Positions 48,150-59,863 of a stretch of 64,000 bases of DNA are shown one piece after another. The notes under the pieces were generated by a model. The model saw only the letters and a list, made by a program, of their open reading frames with translations, was not told the DNA's origin and did not search any database. A program made the position numbers and the translations under genes. Position 1 is the stretch's first letter, and each line of letters opens with the position of its first letter. Origin of the DNA: Neovahlkampfia damariscottae (Eukaryota); assembly GCA_016618085.1 (NCBI GenBank), contig JABLTG010000022.1:62001-126000 (forward strand). The letters run 5' to 3'.

Positions 48150-49784
48150 ATGTCAAACCAAACTAAACCAAAATTACTCAACAAGAAATTCAAAGTATTA
48201 AATTACACAGGAGGAGATGAATCAAGAATTCAAAATATTCTTGAAGTTGATAATCCAAGTGCACACAATTCAAAAGAAGGGAAAAACTTTTCTCTTTCAA
48301 TGAAATACCTTGGTGTTGAAGGGAAGTTCTCATTAACCAATTTTCATATCAGAGGTAGTGACAAAGATGATACAAACGGTATTAAAACAGGATTATTATT
48401 TGTCAGTGATTATGAAATTAAAACTGATCATATGCTTCAATTCAAAGATTTCACGTATCAAGATTTTAAAAATATTGATTCTGATGCTCCAGATGCTCCT
48501 ATTCTTTTTTTCACAACTGATCAAAAAAATACTTTTGAAAAAGAATTTAAACCAAAATGGTTAGAAGGAAAATACATTGGCATTTTATTTATTAGTGGTG
48601 GTGAATTTATTGGTGTTCAACATATTATTCTTTATGGATTTGATGCAACCACGGAATATCAATATGAAGTTGGTTGTATACCAAAAAAAGCAATTCCGAG
48701 TGTCGAAGAACTTAAGGGAAATATTCTTAAATACAGTATTATGGAATTTGATAAAAATGGTGATGGATTGATTTCTGCTGAAGAATTGGCTCCTTTGTTA
48801 GACCAAATGGGTTTGGATAAATCTGTGGCAAAAAAAATGCTTGAAAAAATTGGAGATGGAGAACATGCTACCATTGATCAAGTGGTAGATTTTTATGTTA
48901 GTGCTGTGAATCCATCTTCGAGTTTAGATTTCCTAATAAAATACTATGGGGCTGTTTTTGCTAGCTATGACACTGATGAAGATGGTATTCTCAACAGAGA
49001 AGAATGCATTCAATTTTTGAAAAAATTGTCGTTCATCCAAGAGGATAGTCAAAGCGATCTCAAACATCTAGACCCAGAAGAAACTGGTGAAATTACTTTT
49101 GAAACATTCGAAGAATTTATTCGTAATGTTCAAATTCAGAGTGATCAAGAAGATTTATGCAAAGGAATAATTGAAGAAAGAGATACAGATAAGGATGGAT
49201 ATTTGTCTGTCAGACAATTCTCAAATTTGTATAATGATTCTTATTTTGAAAACAAACAAGTTGATGAAGGATTTTTATCACTCTTAGCAAATGACCAAGG
49301 AAAAATTGAGAATGATTATGCTTTAGAATTGATTTTAAATCTAGAAATTAATGATGAAGTTCAAAAGAAAATAAAAAATCAAAAGAAAAGAAACAACTCA
49401 GATAAATATGTGATCTTTGATCTCTATCATTCAGTAGATTGGGGGAAATTCAAATATTGCATTGAAGCATCAAATGGATTTTACAACAATGATGCTTATC
49501 AACTCAAATCTATTTTAGAAAAACAATACTCAGTGAAAATGAGAAAAGATTTTTCACAAGAAATCAAGTTTGATTGCACTTCAAATTCATCATCTTTCAA
49601 AAAATTTGAAGCTCTTATATTAAATGGAATGGATACCATTGGATTTGATCTTGTTTCAACAAATTTTCATCCTGCATTGAATGATTATTCTGAATCGAAT
49701 TTCACCAAATTCTTCTTCAAAATTCAAAATGGAAAAAAAGATGAATTGGAAGTTGATATGGAAATTGCAATGAAAAGTGAATAA
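48150..49784 (+). CDS. Multi-EF-hand calcium-binding protein
   Basis: DKNGDGLISAEE, DTDEDGILNREE, DPEETGEITFET, DTDKDGYLS. Confidence 0.85.
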   Translation: MSNQTKPKLLNKKFKVLNYTGGDESRIQNILEVDNPSAHNSKEGKNFSLSMKYLGVEGKFSLTNFHIRGSDKDDTNGIKTGLLFVSDYEIKTDHMLQFKDFTYQDFKNIDSDAPDAPILFFTTDQKNTFEKEFKPKWLEGKYIGILFISGGEFIGVQHIILYGFDATTEYQYEVGCIPKKAIPSVEELKGNILKYSIMEFDKNGDGLISAEELAPLLDQMGLDKSVAKKMLEKIGDGEHATIDQVVDFYVSAVNPSSSLDFLIKYYGAVFASYDTDEDGILNREECIQFLKKLSFIQEDSQSDLKHLDPEETGEITFETFEEFIRNVQIQSDQEDLCKGIIEERDTDKDGYLSVRQFSNLYNDSYFENKQVDEGFLSLLANDQGKIENDYALELILNLEINDEVQKKIKNQKKRNNSDKYVIFDLYHSVDWGKFKYCIEASNGFYNNDAYQLKSILEKQYSVKMRKDFSQEIKFDCTSNSSSFKKFEALILNGMDTIGFDLVSTNFHPALNDYSESNFTKFFFKIQNGKKDELEVDMEIAMKSE

Positions 49785-49842
49785 TAGAACTTATTAAATT
49801 ATTTTTCAAAACTCAAATATTTCCCAAATTATTCAAATATTT

Positions 49843-50798
49843 TTAATTTGTAATTTTATTTAAAAAATTCATAGCAGTTTCAAATCCAAAGAAACAAGCA
49901 GCGTTAGCAGGGAATGACCTGAGAAATACAGGACCAATTCCTTTATAAAAAGCACCATAACCTTCCGTTTTAATGAGTTGTCTAACACAATCCATCATTC
50001 CAGAATACTTTCCTGCTTCAGCAGATTGAATTCTACTTTTAATTGTATCAGCTGGTAACATATAAATCCATCCAGTTAAACCTGCCATTCCACCAGCAAA
50101 CAAAGTGTGGAATGAGTTCAAATCAGCCGCTGTGCCATCTTTTGGAATGAATCCACGTTTAACAATTTCATAAGCTGCAAAATAGATGCCACTACCTGGT
50201 ACATCTCTTGCAAGTGTTGATACAGTCCCTTTATAAATTCCTTTAAGTCCAAGTTCTTTGTAAATTTTTTTTCCACAGTCAAAAGCACCGTTGTATTTTT
50301 TTGAACCTTCTTTTTGTGTTTGTAATTGTACTTTGATAAGTTCCATAGGAGTCATAACAATAGTTGAAAATACACCAGAGAAACAACCAGCATTGAATAA
50401 TTCAAAAGGAGTTTTGTCACCAAAGATTTTTTTACCTAAACCAAAACTTGCAAAACAAACAGCATATAATGCAGCAGAACCTAACATTGGTGATGTTACT
50501 CCTTTATATAAACCTAATGGACCTTTTTTTTTTTTGTGTGAAATTTTTTTTCTTCTTTACCTTCTTTTGCGATTGTTTTTTTTGCACAATCCATTGAACT
50601 GCTATAAAGTGGTGCTTCTCCAAGAGCTGGTTTTGGCATTGTTTGAAGCCTGACCTACAATTTTTTTGTTGTTATTTTTTAAAATCAAATTACTTTAATT
50701 GTATCAAGAGGATGACCAACAAGTGTTAATGACATACCTCCAACAGTACCAGCTGTTAAATTTTTCCAAAAAGGTGGCTTTTTGATTTCGTCTGACAT
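49843..50798 (-). CDS. Mitochondrial carnitine/acylcarnitine carrier-like (SLC25)
   Basis: [43 protein letters not shown]; two introns. Confidence 0.9.
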
Positions 50799-50940
50799 AA
50801 ACTTTAAAAGATTAACCGCAAAATTCCAATTGGTCAAAATGAACCAACAGAACGGAAAATAAAAAAATAGTCCGAAAATGAGGACATATTACTTGCGTTA
50901 CCAAAAATGAAAAAAAAAAAATCAATTTTATTTTTTTTTT

Positions 50941-52716
50941 TCATATTTTTACAAGTTGATTTTTTTTTAATTTTTCTTGTATTTCTTCAAATTTATCAAA
51001 ATCATTTGTGTTTCCAAATTCTATGTTACAAATTGTATTATTATTTAAAAGAGCATTTGAAATTGGATTCCAATTCGTTATATCATTATTACCTGCTAAA
51101 TTTAAATGTTCAATTGATTTATTATTCTCAATTAGAGAACATAAATAACTCATTTGTTTATCTGAAATACCAGTTGATTCTAAATTCAAATTCTTCACAA
51201 ATTTATTATCTTTCAATGAAACACATAATTGAAATATTTCAATTGAAGATAATTTCTTATTAGACAGATCTAAATTCTCTTCTTTAATTCCTTTATAAAA
51301 TTGTGTTAACAGTGTACTTTGATTAGTGACTCTTGGTGATTTTAAACTATTCTTAAATGATTCATTTGTTGATGATAATGATTTTAATTGATCAGGTTCT
51401 GATTTCTTTCTTTCTAATTTCTTTTCTAATTCTTTAAATGAATTAAAACTTTCAATATTCATAGTTGGACCTATGAAATGAGAATGTGAACCTTTTCTAG
51501 GTGGTGTTGAAGATCCTTCTGTTGATGATGAAACTCTTGGTGTTGCTTTATTTTCATATAAATCACGTAATGTTGAAACATGTACTTTTGTGCTCACTTT
51601 AATAGTTGGAGAATTTGAACCATTTGAAGAAACTTCTGTTGATTTTGGTGATATAATAGTTGTACCAAATGATTCATCAAGATTTGAATTAGGTTTTGGT
51701 GGACTTAAGGTCAAAGTTGAGTTTGTATTTGAATTTAAAATTGGTGAATTCTTCGTCGAATTCTCTTTTGAATCATAAATTTTTGAGTTTTGACTTTGAT
51801 TTGGTTTATAAGGTGGTTGAACAAATGATTTTGAAGTTTGATGTTTTGAAGGTGATGATACAACTTTTTTAGTGAATTTACTCTCCAGTTCCATTTTTTC
51901 TTTATAATATTTTTCTTTCTCTAATTCAAACTCTTTTTCTTTTTTTAAAATTTCCATTTTTTCAAATTCAATTTCTTTTATTTTTTGTTGATAAACAAGT
52001 TCTCTAAATTCAAAATGTTCAACTAATTTTTGTCTTTCTTTTATAATTTCTTCTCTATGATTCATTATAATTTTCTCTCTATTTGATAAAGTTTCTTGAA
52101 TATTTGAAATATATTTTTTAATTTCTTCTTCTTTATGGTTCAATTGTACATCTCTTTCTGTTTGTTTATTCTGTAAAGATTCAACCAGCTCACGAAGTTC
52201 AGAATTTTCTTTTGCCAAATAATTATTTTGAAGTTTGTTTACAGTATCCTGTAACTTTTCAATTTCAATTGTATTTTCTGATAATTTTGTTTGTTGTTGT
52301 ATGCACTCTTTTTGTTTTTCATTTGCGAGTATTTGAAGAATTTGTACTTTTTCATTCAAGTAGTCATTTTGTTCCTGTATATTTTTCATTCTTAAAAACT
52401 CTTTTTGTTTTTTGATTTTTAATTCTTTTATTTGTTCATATAAATCATGAACTTGGTTTTCATGTTCGTCTTGAGATTTTTGTCCATTTTTTTGGGCGAA
52501 TAGTTTCAAACAACTACGGATGAAATCTTCTTGTTGATACTCATTTATCTGATAATTATTTAGTTTTTTGTTTTTTTTTTTTACGAAAATTAAAAATTCT
52601 TTTTGGAAAGTTTGGTTCGTTTCCAGAAAATCTTCGACATTATAAATATTTAAATTATTGGGTTCTAAGGTTTTTGAATGATTTAGCCCATTTCCATTCA
52701 GTTTGGGTGAATCCAT
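50941..52716 (-). CDS. Coiled-coil protein with C-terminal RI-type LRRs
   Basis: Long E/K/Q heptads, S/T/P-rich linker, LDLSNKKL..LNLESTGI..LNLAGN. Confidence 0.75.
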   Translation of the reverse strand: MDSPKLNGNGLNHSKTLEPNNLNIYNVEDFLETNQTFQKEFLIFVKKKNKKLNNYQINEYQQEDFIRSCLKLFAQKNGQKSQDEHENQVHDLYEQIKELKIKKQKEFLRMKNIQEQNDYLNEKVQILQILANEKQKECIQQQTKLSENTIEIEKLQDTVNKLQNNYLAKENSELRELVESLQNKQTERDVQLNHKEEEIKKYISNIQETLSNREKIIMNHREEIIKERQKLVEHFEFRELVYQQKIKEIEFEKMEILKKEKEFELEKEKYYKEKMELESKFTKKVVSSPSKHQTSKSFVQPPYKPNQSQNSKIYDSKENSTKNSPILNSNTNSTLTLSPPKPNSNLDESFGTTIISPKSTEVSSNGSNSPTIKVSTKVHVSTLRDLYENKATPRVSSSTEGSSTPPRKGSHSHFIGPTMNIESFNSFKELEKKLERKKSEPDQLKSLSSTNESFKNSLKSPRVTNQSTLLTQFYKGIKEENLDLSNKKLSSIEIFQLCVSLKDNKFVKNLNLESTGISDKQMSYLCSLIENNKSIEHLNLAGNNDITNWNPISNALLNNNTICNIEFGNTNDFDKFEEIQEKLKKNQLVKI

Positions 52717-52990
52717 CGTTACAACAGACGAACAGCACAAATGATTGGTGTGTTTTTTGATTGGACAACAAAGCTAAACGACAATTTTAAAAAGTGGTTC
52801 TTTTTTTTCAAATTTGTTTTTTTCTAAAAAAAATTGAGATTTTTTTGATCCAATTAAAAAAATATCCGAAAAGGAATTAGAGTCTAGTTTTTCAGAAAGA
52901 CAAATACTTTTCTCGAAGAAATTGAAATTGAGTATTTAAAAACTCAATTTCTAACATTTCCACCAATCAAAAAAATAAAATAACTTTCTC

Positions 52991-54556
52991 ATGGGAAGTA
53001 GTCAATCAACAGTTGGCAGAATAAGTGGTATAAGTAGTTCTCATCATGCCAGAACCAATTCAAATCATGCTCCTTCTCCAGTCTCACTATTTGGTTCAAA
53101 ATCACCTATTCAAAGTATAACAAATAAATTATCAAAAGCAAACCTTTCTTATGATATTGGTGATTTACAAGGATATTATGAAATAGAGACTTTGACATAT
53201 ATAATTAAAGAATCCATTGAACATGATAAAAAGATTCAATTAACACAATTTTTAAAAACAGGTTCTTCCAACAAGGACGTGTCAGATTTTAAGTATCAGT
53301 ATAAACCTAAAATATTTATTACCGATATAAAAACATTGGATGTTGCTAAATTGATAGTTCCTTCAAAAGTAAACCCATTTGGATTTGTACATACTTGCTT
53401 GAAAATTGGTCCTCTGGTTTGTTTTTATTTTTCAAAGTAACTTTTTTTTTAGTATTTTGAATGGAATAACTCATCTATTATAAATGTATCTTTTTCAGTT
53501 TATGATTTAAAACAAGGTAATTCAATGTTGAAATTTGAAACTTTTTTTTCAGCAATTTTGGTAATTGATTTAGAAGATGAAAATATTGAATCAACAAAAA
53601 TCGATAAAACAGAAGATAAAATGATCAGTGATATTTCGAAAATAGTCTCTGAATGGAATGTAAATTATGAATATGATCCATTAACAAAGAATTGTCAAAA
53701 ATTTGTTGAAGCAATGATGAAAGATGGTTTTGGTTTAATAATCAAGAAATATCCAGATTATATACAAAATATATTTGATAATCTTCATAAACTTGGAAAA
53801 TATAAAATTGAAAACATCTTCAAAAATACAATTTTCAAAGATGTAAAAACTCATGCAGATTTAGACTATATTTCTCACATAAAAGAAATTCATGCTGACT
53901 TTAACACTGATAATTATGCATTGGGAAAATCACTAGACCGAGCATTTTGGTTCAATTATTTTTCTTTAATTCAATATCAACAATTATTCAATAAAACAAA
54001 AAAAGATTTTGAAAAAGCAACAAAATTTCTTGACGTTTATGAACCAGTTCAATTGTTACAATGTTTAGATTATGTTTTAGAATTGAAATATCTTGAAGGA
54101 AAATTTCCAGAAAAAATTGAAGATTTACATTTGATAAAAATGATTTTGACTAAAGAACCTAATTCATTCATTAAAGAAGAAGAAGGTTTGAAGAGAAAAT
54201 TGAAAGAAATATATGATTCTTTTATTTCTATTGCAGAAGAAAAGGATACTGATTTAATTCAACAAATTGAAATGAATCAACCAATTCATGGAAAAGAATT
54301 CATAAGAAGATTTTATGAAGAAATGTTAACTGGTGATGCAAAGAATGAGTTTTTAAAATGTTATGAAAAAGAGAATGGATTCCATGATATTGGATATTAT
54401 CCAAAAAAACAGAAACTAAAAGCGTTGTCGGAAAAATTTAAAGAACATATTATTGTGACAACAAATATTTCAATAATGTGGGATAAATATGATGAAGAAA
54501 CATGTTATTGTAGAAATCCACATGATACACATTCAATACGAAAGAATTATAAATGA
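52991..54556 (+). CDS. Permuted papain-fold (PPPDE-like) protein with a possible N-myristoylation motif
   Basis: MGSSQS start; HTCLKIG His before YDPLTKNCQKFV Cys; two introns. Confidence 0.6.
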
Positions 54557-54871
54557 TCAAATTTGAATTTATTACAAGTTACATATTATTTTAAGATTTA
54601 GTTGGTGATTTGTTTTACAGTAAATAAAAAATCATTTACACCAAATTTCACCATTCTATTTTTTCATTTCATTAATTTATTTTGGTTTTTACATTCAATA
54701 TTTTCCTTTGTAATCGCTTAACTTAAGAGCCAGAAGCATTCAATATCAAATCATCATTTACTCCAACAGAATTAATTGTATTCATCTTCATGGAATTTGA
54801 AAATGGTTTTATTTCCAGTATTTGAAGCAATACATATTGTCCAATCAAATAGAGTTTTTCCTAAAATCGAC

Positions 54872-57800
54872 ATGGATTTGGAAACAGAACTATCTCACGT
54901 GAAAAATCACCCTGGAACTTTTTTAATCATCTCACCTGTAAGTTCATCTCAGGAAGTGGTGGTACAAAACACTTCTGGTACTCTTGAACAGTTTCTCTCT
55001 TTTTTTCGTGAAGATTTAAATTTAATCGGATTTTACCACGTAACAAAACTAAAACTCAACTTTTTTCAGATAAACAAAGATTTTACAGAAAAGTTTATTT
55101 TAAAAATTGATTTCACAGGTGAAAAAGTCAAAGAAGAAGATTTTTTCATTTTAGAAAGTTACTTGGACAGAAATACAGAATTAATCAACGAAAAATTTGA
55201 TGAATATCTGAATATAAAGCAATATACAACCATTGATATTTCAAAAATCAAACAACAAATCAAAGATTATCAAACATTCAAAAATGAAACAGAAGAAGAT
55301 GGTGTTTCGAATTATCACATTATTTCTCTAGAACTAAAAGAAAAATTAGATCAAATGAGTAAATTTTCAAAAAGGAAATCTTTGAAAATACTTGGTGGTC
55401 TTGATAAATCATCAAAAAGAAAATCATTAAAACTTACACAGTCACTAGAAGACAAAAGTACAAACAATGATAAATCTTCAAAAAGAAAATCATTAAAGAT
55501 ATTTGATACTTTGAGTTTTATGAAACCAAAAAGAAAATCATTATTTGAACATGAAGGTATTTCATCTGAAAAAAGTTTAGAAATTATTTCAGAATCTTAT
55601 ACTTCTGAAAAAATGTTGAATAGAGTTTCAAATACATCAGATGAAATTATTGAATTTGCAAAACAAATCAATTCAGTTGAAAATAATTTATCACCAAAAG
55701 ATAAAAAAAAAGCAACATCTGAATTGTTGAAGATTATTGATTTTCATGAAAAAAATCCAAATGCATCTCCAAGAGAACTAAATGTTAGAAAATGTTCAGT
55801 TCAATTTATTTTAAAAAAAACAAAAGAAATGAAAAATTTCGACACTTTTTTACAGCAAATTTATTCATGTTTAGTTCAAAATGATCATCCATTCATGTAC
55901 TTATCATCAGAAGAAAAGAAAGAACTGGAAATGAAAGCAGATGAAACAAGAGCATGGCTTCAACAAACTCTTGATGTAAGTTATGCTATTGTAACTCAAC
56001 GCTTCAATGAAATTCAAAAAATGTATGATGATTATTTGGACAAATCAAAATTCAGATCAAAAACTATTCTTGAAGTTGAAGAATTAAGAATCAAATCAAA
56101 TCAAATCTCTCAAAATCTTGGTAAAGAAAATAAAGAAATCATTCAACAAAATTTCATTTTTATTGATCAATGGATCAAAAAAAATGAAAAATTTAATAAA
56201 TCAAGCATGACAGAAGAATTTGTTTCAAAATTAGATGAAATATTAAAATTGATAAATTTAGGTGAAAAAAAAAAGATCTTAGAAGAAACTTTGAAAAATT
56301 TAAAAATGAATATCGAAGATGAAGTTGTATTAGGTCAATTCATGACAAAAGAAGAAAAACAAAAGTTACTTGATTTATTTTCAAAATTAATGATTGATGA
56401 AGATAATTTTGATTTTCAAAAACAAAAATTTGAAAATGATATTTTTCCAATATTGAACTTACCACAACAAAAATATGCACTAGAAAAGTACTGTTATCAA
56501 TTGAAAACTCTTTTATATAAAAATGATTCAGAATTTCTTTCTTTTCTTTCTGAAAAAGATATTAACGTTTTTTGTGAAACTATTGATTCAGCATTACATT
56601 GGTTGACACTTAAAGATTCAAAGAATGTTGAACTGAAGAAAAAGGAAATGTTTGAGATTGTAAATCCAATAATTTTAAAAGGAAAAACATTGATTCAAGT
56701 TTCTCGTGATATTGAAAATTTCAAGAAATTGAAAACAAAAATTGAAAAGAAAAACTTGAAAGATATCATTTTGACAAGTGAAGATGAAGAGTTTATTGAA
56801 ACCAATATTAGTAAAATGTCTGGTTCAGTATTTCAACAAGATTTAAATCTCAAAGATTTAGAACAAAAAATCAATGAATATGATACACTAATTTCACCAT
56901 TAATTAAAAATGCCATGGTAAGAATTGATTTAGATGATTTGAGTAATGATGCTTTGGAGTATTTGTTATTTAATGATTCATCTTCTAAACTGACAAAATA
57001 TCAAAGAAAATTGATAGAAACTGAAGTCTCTGCTTTGTTAGATTGGATTCAATATCAAAAATATCCAACAATTGAACAAATCAATGAAAAAAGATCAAAT
57101 TTTGAAGAAGTTTATTTACCACTGAAAAATAGAGCTGAAGAACATTACAAACTTGATTTATTCTTGACTTCAATAAAAGATAATATGAGTTCCAATGCTG
57201 AGTGGAAAAATTTATTACCAAAAAATGAAAAGAAAAATCTAAAGCACTTGGTGGAAGACACAATTGACTTTTTTAATAAGAATGAAGATCCTTCGATTTT
57301 TGATATGAACAAAAAATACTTGGCATTGGAGAATATTGTTTCACCGTTATTGATTAGAATTGAAAGAACTCATCATTTTACTGATTATTCAAATCAAATC
57401 AAAGGTATACTTGCTTCAAATTTATCAGATTTTATATCAATCAAACAAAAAAAAATGATCAATTCTTTATTGATTGAATCAATCAAATGGTGTGAAACCT
57501 TTGAAGATTTTAATGAATTGGATTATATAAATATAAAAAATAAGACAAAAAGAACAATTGATGATGCCATTGAAACTGGAAGAATCCTACAAGAATTAAA
57601 AATTTATAGTGATTCTTTGTTGAATGATAAAAATCGTTGGGAAGAAGAACAAATCTCAAATGATTTGTTGGTGATCATTTTACAAAATGCAAAAGATATC
57701 TCAGTGTGGATTGAAGACTGTGGTTTAGATTCAACAAAAACAGAAATCATTGAAAAAAAGAAAAACTTAGAAACATCTGTTGATGAAATACTAAAAATAT

Positions 57801-59212
57801 CAAATAAGAAATTGAATGAATTACAAATCTTGCAAAATAGAATCGAAGAGATTTTGAATTTCTTACCAACATCTGATCTTCCAAAACCAAATCAACAAAG
57901 AATTCAAAAAATAATTTTGAATACAAGAAAATGGATTGATGAAAATGGAAAAACAGCTTCAAATCAAAAAATTATTGAACAGAGAAAAGTATTCAATTAT
58001 TTGATTGAAGATGTTAAAAATGATAAAACAATTAGGACTATTGACATTATTCCAGTTGAAGAAGTTATTAAACCAAGTGTTAAATTAGTTAATGAAGCAA
58101 TTATAAGAAGACAATCAAGTGGACTCCCAAGTAAGCTTGCTTCTTTAATCGATGCTCCTTTACACAAAAATCCTGATAGAAAAATGAGTTTTTTTGAAAT
58201 ACGTAAAATGAGCATGATTGAAGAAAGAGTTTCTAGATCTGAAGATTTTTTGAATTTGAAAATAAAAGCTGTTGATGATGATTCAGATAGTGACATTGAA
58301 GTTCATGGTGCTGATAATTTCATAAATGATGAAAATTCAAGATTACAAAAGAAACAACTTGTGGATTCCATTTTAAAATTTCATTATTTAGTCTCTGAAG
58401 GAAAACCGATTCAGAATATTGAAGAATTCAAAAAATTCTTCATTGATTTGAAAAATTTAGTTGTGGATGCTTCTGACTTTCAAATTAAAGAAATTGGAAT
58501 TATTGATGACAATATCAAGAAATTCCTTTTTGCATTGAATTACATGGAAGATGAAACTGATGAAATTGCAATTAAATCTCATTTAAGTGCTTTATTCAAA
58601 TCTGTTGGTCCTATTTTTATGACAACCATTCAACAAGAATTATTCAAAAAAAAATTAGAGACTGAATTGGAAATTATCCATAAAGATTTAAAAGATTACC
58701 TTTTTGTTAATGACAGGGAAAAGGTACTAAAATTGTACTATGAAACATCAATTTGGGCAAATGATGAAAATCAAATTGATATTAATTTAATTCACGAAAA
58801 AGAAGATCATCTTGATGATATGTGTGGAAATATTTTGAAAAATGCAAAATTAAAAAAGAAAATTGATGATTTGATCATTCAAAAATTACAAAAACTTCAA
58901 AACTCTCGTCAAATTGTGAAGATATTTATTCAAAAATCACTAGAATTTATCAAACACTTTGATGATAGTTGCTTGAATGAATTACCTGATAGAATAGAAG
59001 AATTGAAAAAAATGGATCAAAAACTAGGAAAAGTAGAGATTCAAGACATCAAAGAATTTGAATATTTTGTGTTAAACTTTGAGAAGAGAAGTAAAAATGA
59101 AAAAATGAAATCAAGAAAAAAGTTAAATGAATTTTTAGATTGGATTGAAGATGAAATGGAAATATCCACTGAAGTTTTACTCGAAAAAAAGAATCAAATT
59201 GAAAAACTGTAA
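54872..59212 (+). CDS. Large helical protein with tandem Hsp70-lid-like repeats and a possible N-terminal ADF-H-like domain
   Basis: About 70-aa repeats such as LEKYCYQLK..LSEKD..IDSALHWL..KKKEMFEIVNPII; probable in-frame intron 55040-55069. Confidence 0.65.
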   Translation: MDLETELSHVKNHPGTFLIISPVSSSQEVVVQNTSGTLEQFLSFFREDLNLIGFYHVTKLKLNFFQINKDFTEKFILKIDFTGEKVKEEDFFILESYLDRNTELINEKFDEYLNIKQYTTIDISKIKQQIKDYQTFKNETEEDGVSNYHIISLELKEKLDQMSKFSKRKSLKILGGLDKSSKRKSLKLTQSLEDKSTNNDKSSKRKSLKIFDTLSFMKPKRKSLFEHEGISSEKSLEIISESYTSEKMLNRVSNTSDEIIEFAKQINSVENNLSPKDKKKATSELLKIIDFHEKNPNASPRELNVRKCSVQFILKKTKEMKNFDTFLQQIYSCLVQNDHPFMYLSSEEKKELEMKADETRAWLQQTLDVSYAIVTQRFNEIQKMYDDYLDKSKFRSKTILEVEELRIKSNQISQNLGKENKEIIQQNFIFIDQWIKKNEKFNKSSMTEEFVSKLDEILKLINLGEKKKILEETLKNLKMNIEDEVVLGQFMTKEEKQKLLDLFSKLMIDEDNFDFQKQKFENDIFPILNLPQQKYALEKYCYQLKTLLYKNDSEFLSFLSEKDINVFCETIDSALHWLTLKDSKNVELKKKEMFEIVNPIILKGKTLIQVSRDIENFKKLKTKIEKKNLKDIILTSEDEEFIETNISKMSGSVFQQDLNLKDLEQKINEYDTLISPLIKNAMVRIDLDDLSNDALEYLLFNDSSSKLTKYQRKLIETEVSALLDWIQYQKYPTIEQINEKRSNFEEVYLPLKNRAEEHYKLDLFLTSIKDNMSSNAEWKNLLPKNEKKNLKHLVEDTIDFFNKNEDPSIFDMNKKYLALENIVSPLLIRIERTHHFTDYSNQIKGILASNLSDFISIKQKKMINSLLIESIKWCETFEDFNELDYINIKNKTKRTIDDAIETGRILQELKIYSDSLLNDKNRWEEEQISNDLLVIILQNAKDISVWIEDCGLDSTKTEIIEKKKNLETSVDEILKISNKKLNELQILQNRIEEILNFLPTSDLPKPNQQRIQKIILNTRKWIDENGKTASNQKIIEQRKVFNYLIEDVKNDKTIRTIDIIPVEEVIKPSVKLVNEAIIRRQSSGLPSKLASLIDAPLHKNPDRKMSFFEIRKMSMIEERVSRSEDFLNLKIKAVDDDSDSDIEVHGADNFINDENSRLQKKQLVDSILKFHYLVSEGKPIQNIEEFKKFFIDLKNLVVDASDFQIKEIGIIDDNIKKFLFALNYMEDETDEIAIKSHLSALFKSVGPIFMTTIQQELFKKKLETELEIIHKDLKDYLFVNDREKVLKLYYETSIWANDENQIDINLIHEKEDHLDDMCGNILKNAKLKKKIDDLIIQKLQKLQNSRQIVKIFIQKSLEFIKHFDDSCLNELPDRIEELKKMDQKLGKVEIQDIKEFEYFVLNFEKRSKNEKMKSRKKLNEFLDWIEDEMEISTEVLLEKKNQIEKL

Positions 59213-59282
59213 TAAAGTTATTAATAAAATGTGTTAACCAATCAAACGTTGTGACCAATTATTTTCTTCCAACACAGAAAAC

Positions 59283-59783
59283 ATGCCAACAGAATCAAAA
59301 GAACCTCAAGACCAATACTCAACAGAAACTTTATTCAACCTTGCAGTAGCATTTGTTCAAGAATCAATGGGTAAAAGATATTACGAAGGAAATTCAAGAG
59401 AACTTACAAATGACGAAAAACTCAAAGTTTACGCTTTCGTAATTTTTTTTTTTTTTTGGACCAAACTAACATATTTTCAAGTATAAACAAGCTACTATTG
59501 GAACTTGTAAAGAAAATGGTGGTGAACGTCCTGGATTTTTTTCATTGACTGCAAAATATAAATGGTTCGTTTTTTTTTCAAGTTTACAATTTTTTAAGGG
59601 ATGCATGGGATGCTTTAGGTACCTCATCATGATGATTATTTTAATTTTTAAGGTGATATGTCAAAAGAAGACGCAATGTTGGGTTATGTAAAAACTATCA
59701 ATGGATTAAGTGAACAAGAAGATAAACATTGGTTTGATTGTCCTGAACTTGATGCTCATAAAACAAAACATGGAAAAAAATAA
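59283..59783 (+). CDS. Acyl-CoA-binding protein
   Basis: Three introns give LKVYAFYKQATIG..RPGFF..AKYKWDAWDALGDMSKEDAM. Confidence 0.92.
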
Positions 59784-59863
59784 TTAACTTTATTAAAATC
59801 TTTAACTTATATAACACTTACAATTTACTTCATCTCCAAACTTCTTGTTTCATTGGTTGAAAG

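Noticed and set aside
54690..54795. Minus-strand ATGATGA and an LKLSDYKGKY peroxiredoxin-like peptide
   Set aside because: No matching D box, and the peptide is flanked by stops; probably chance.
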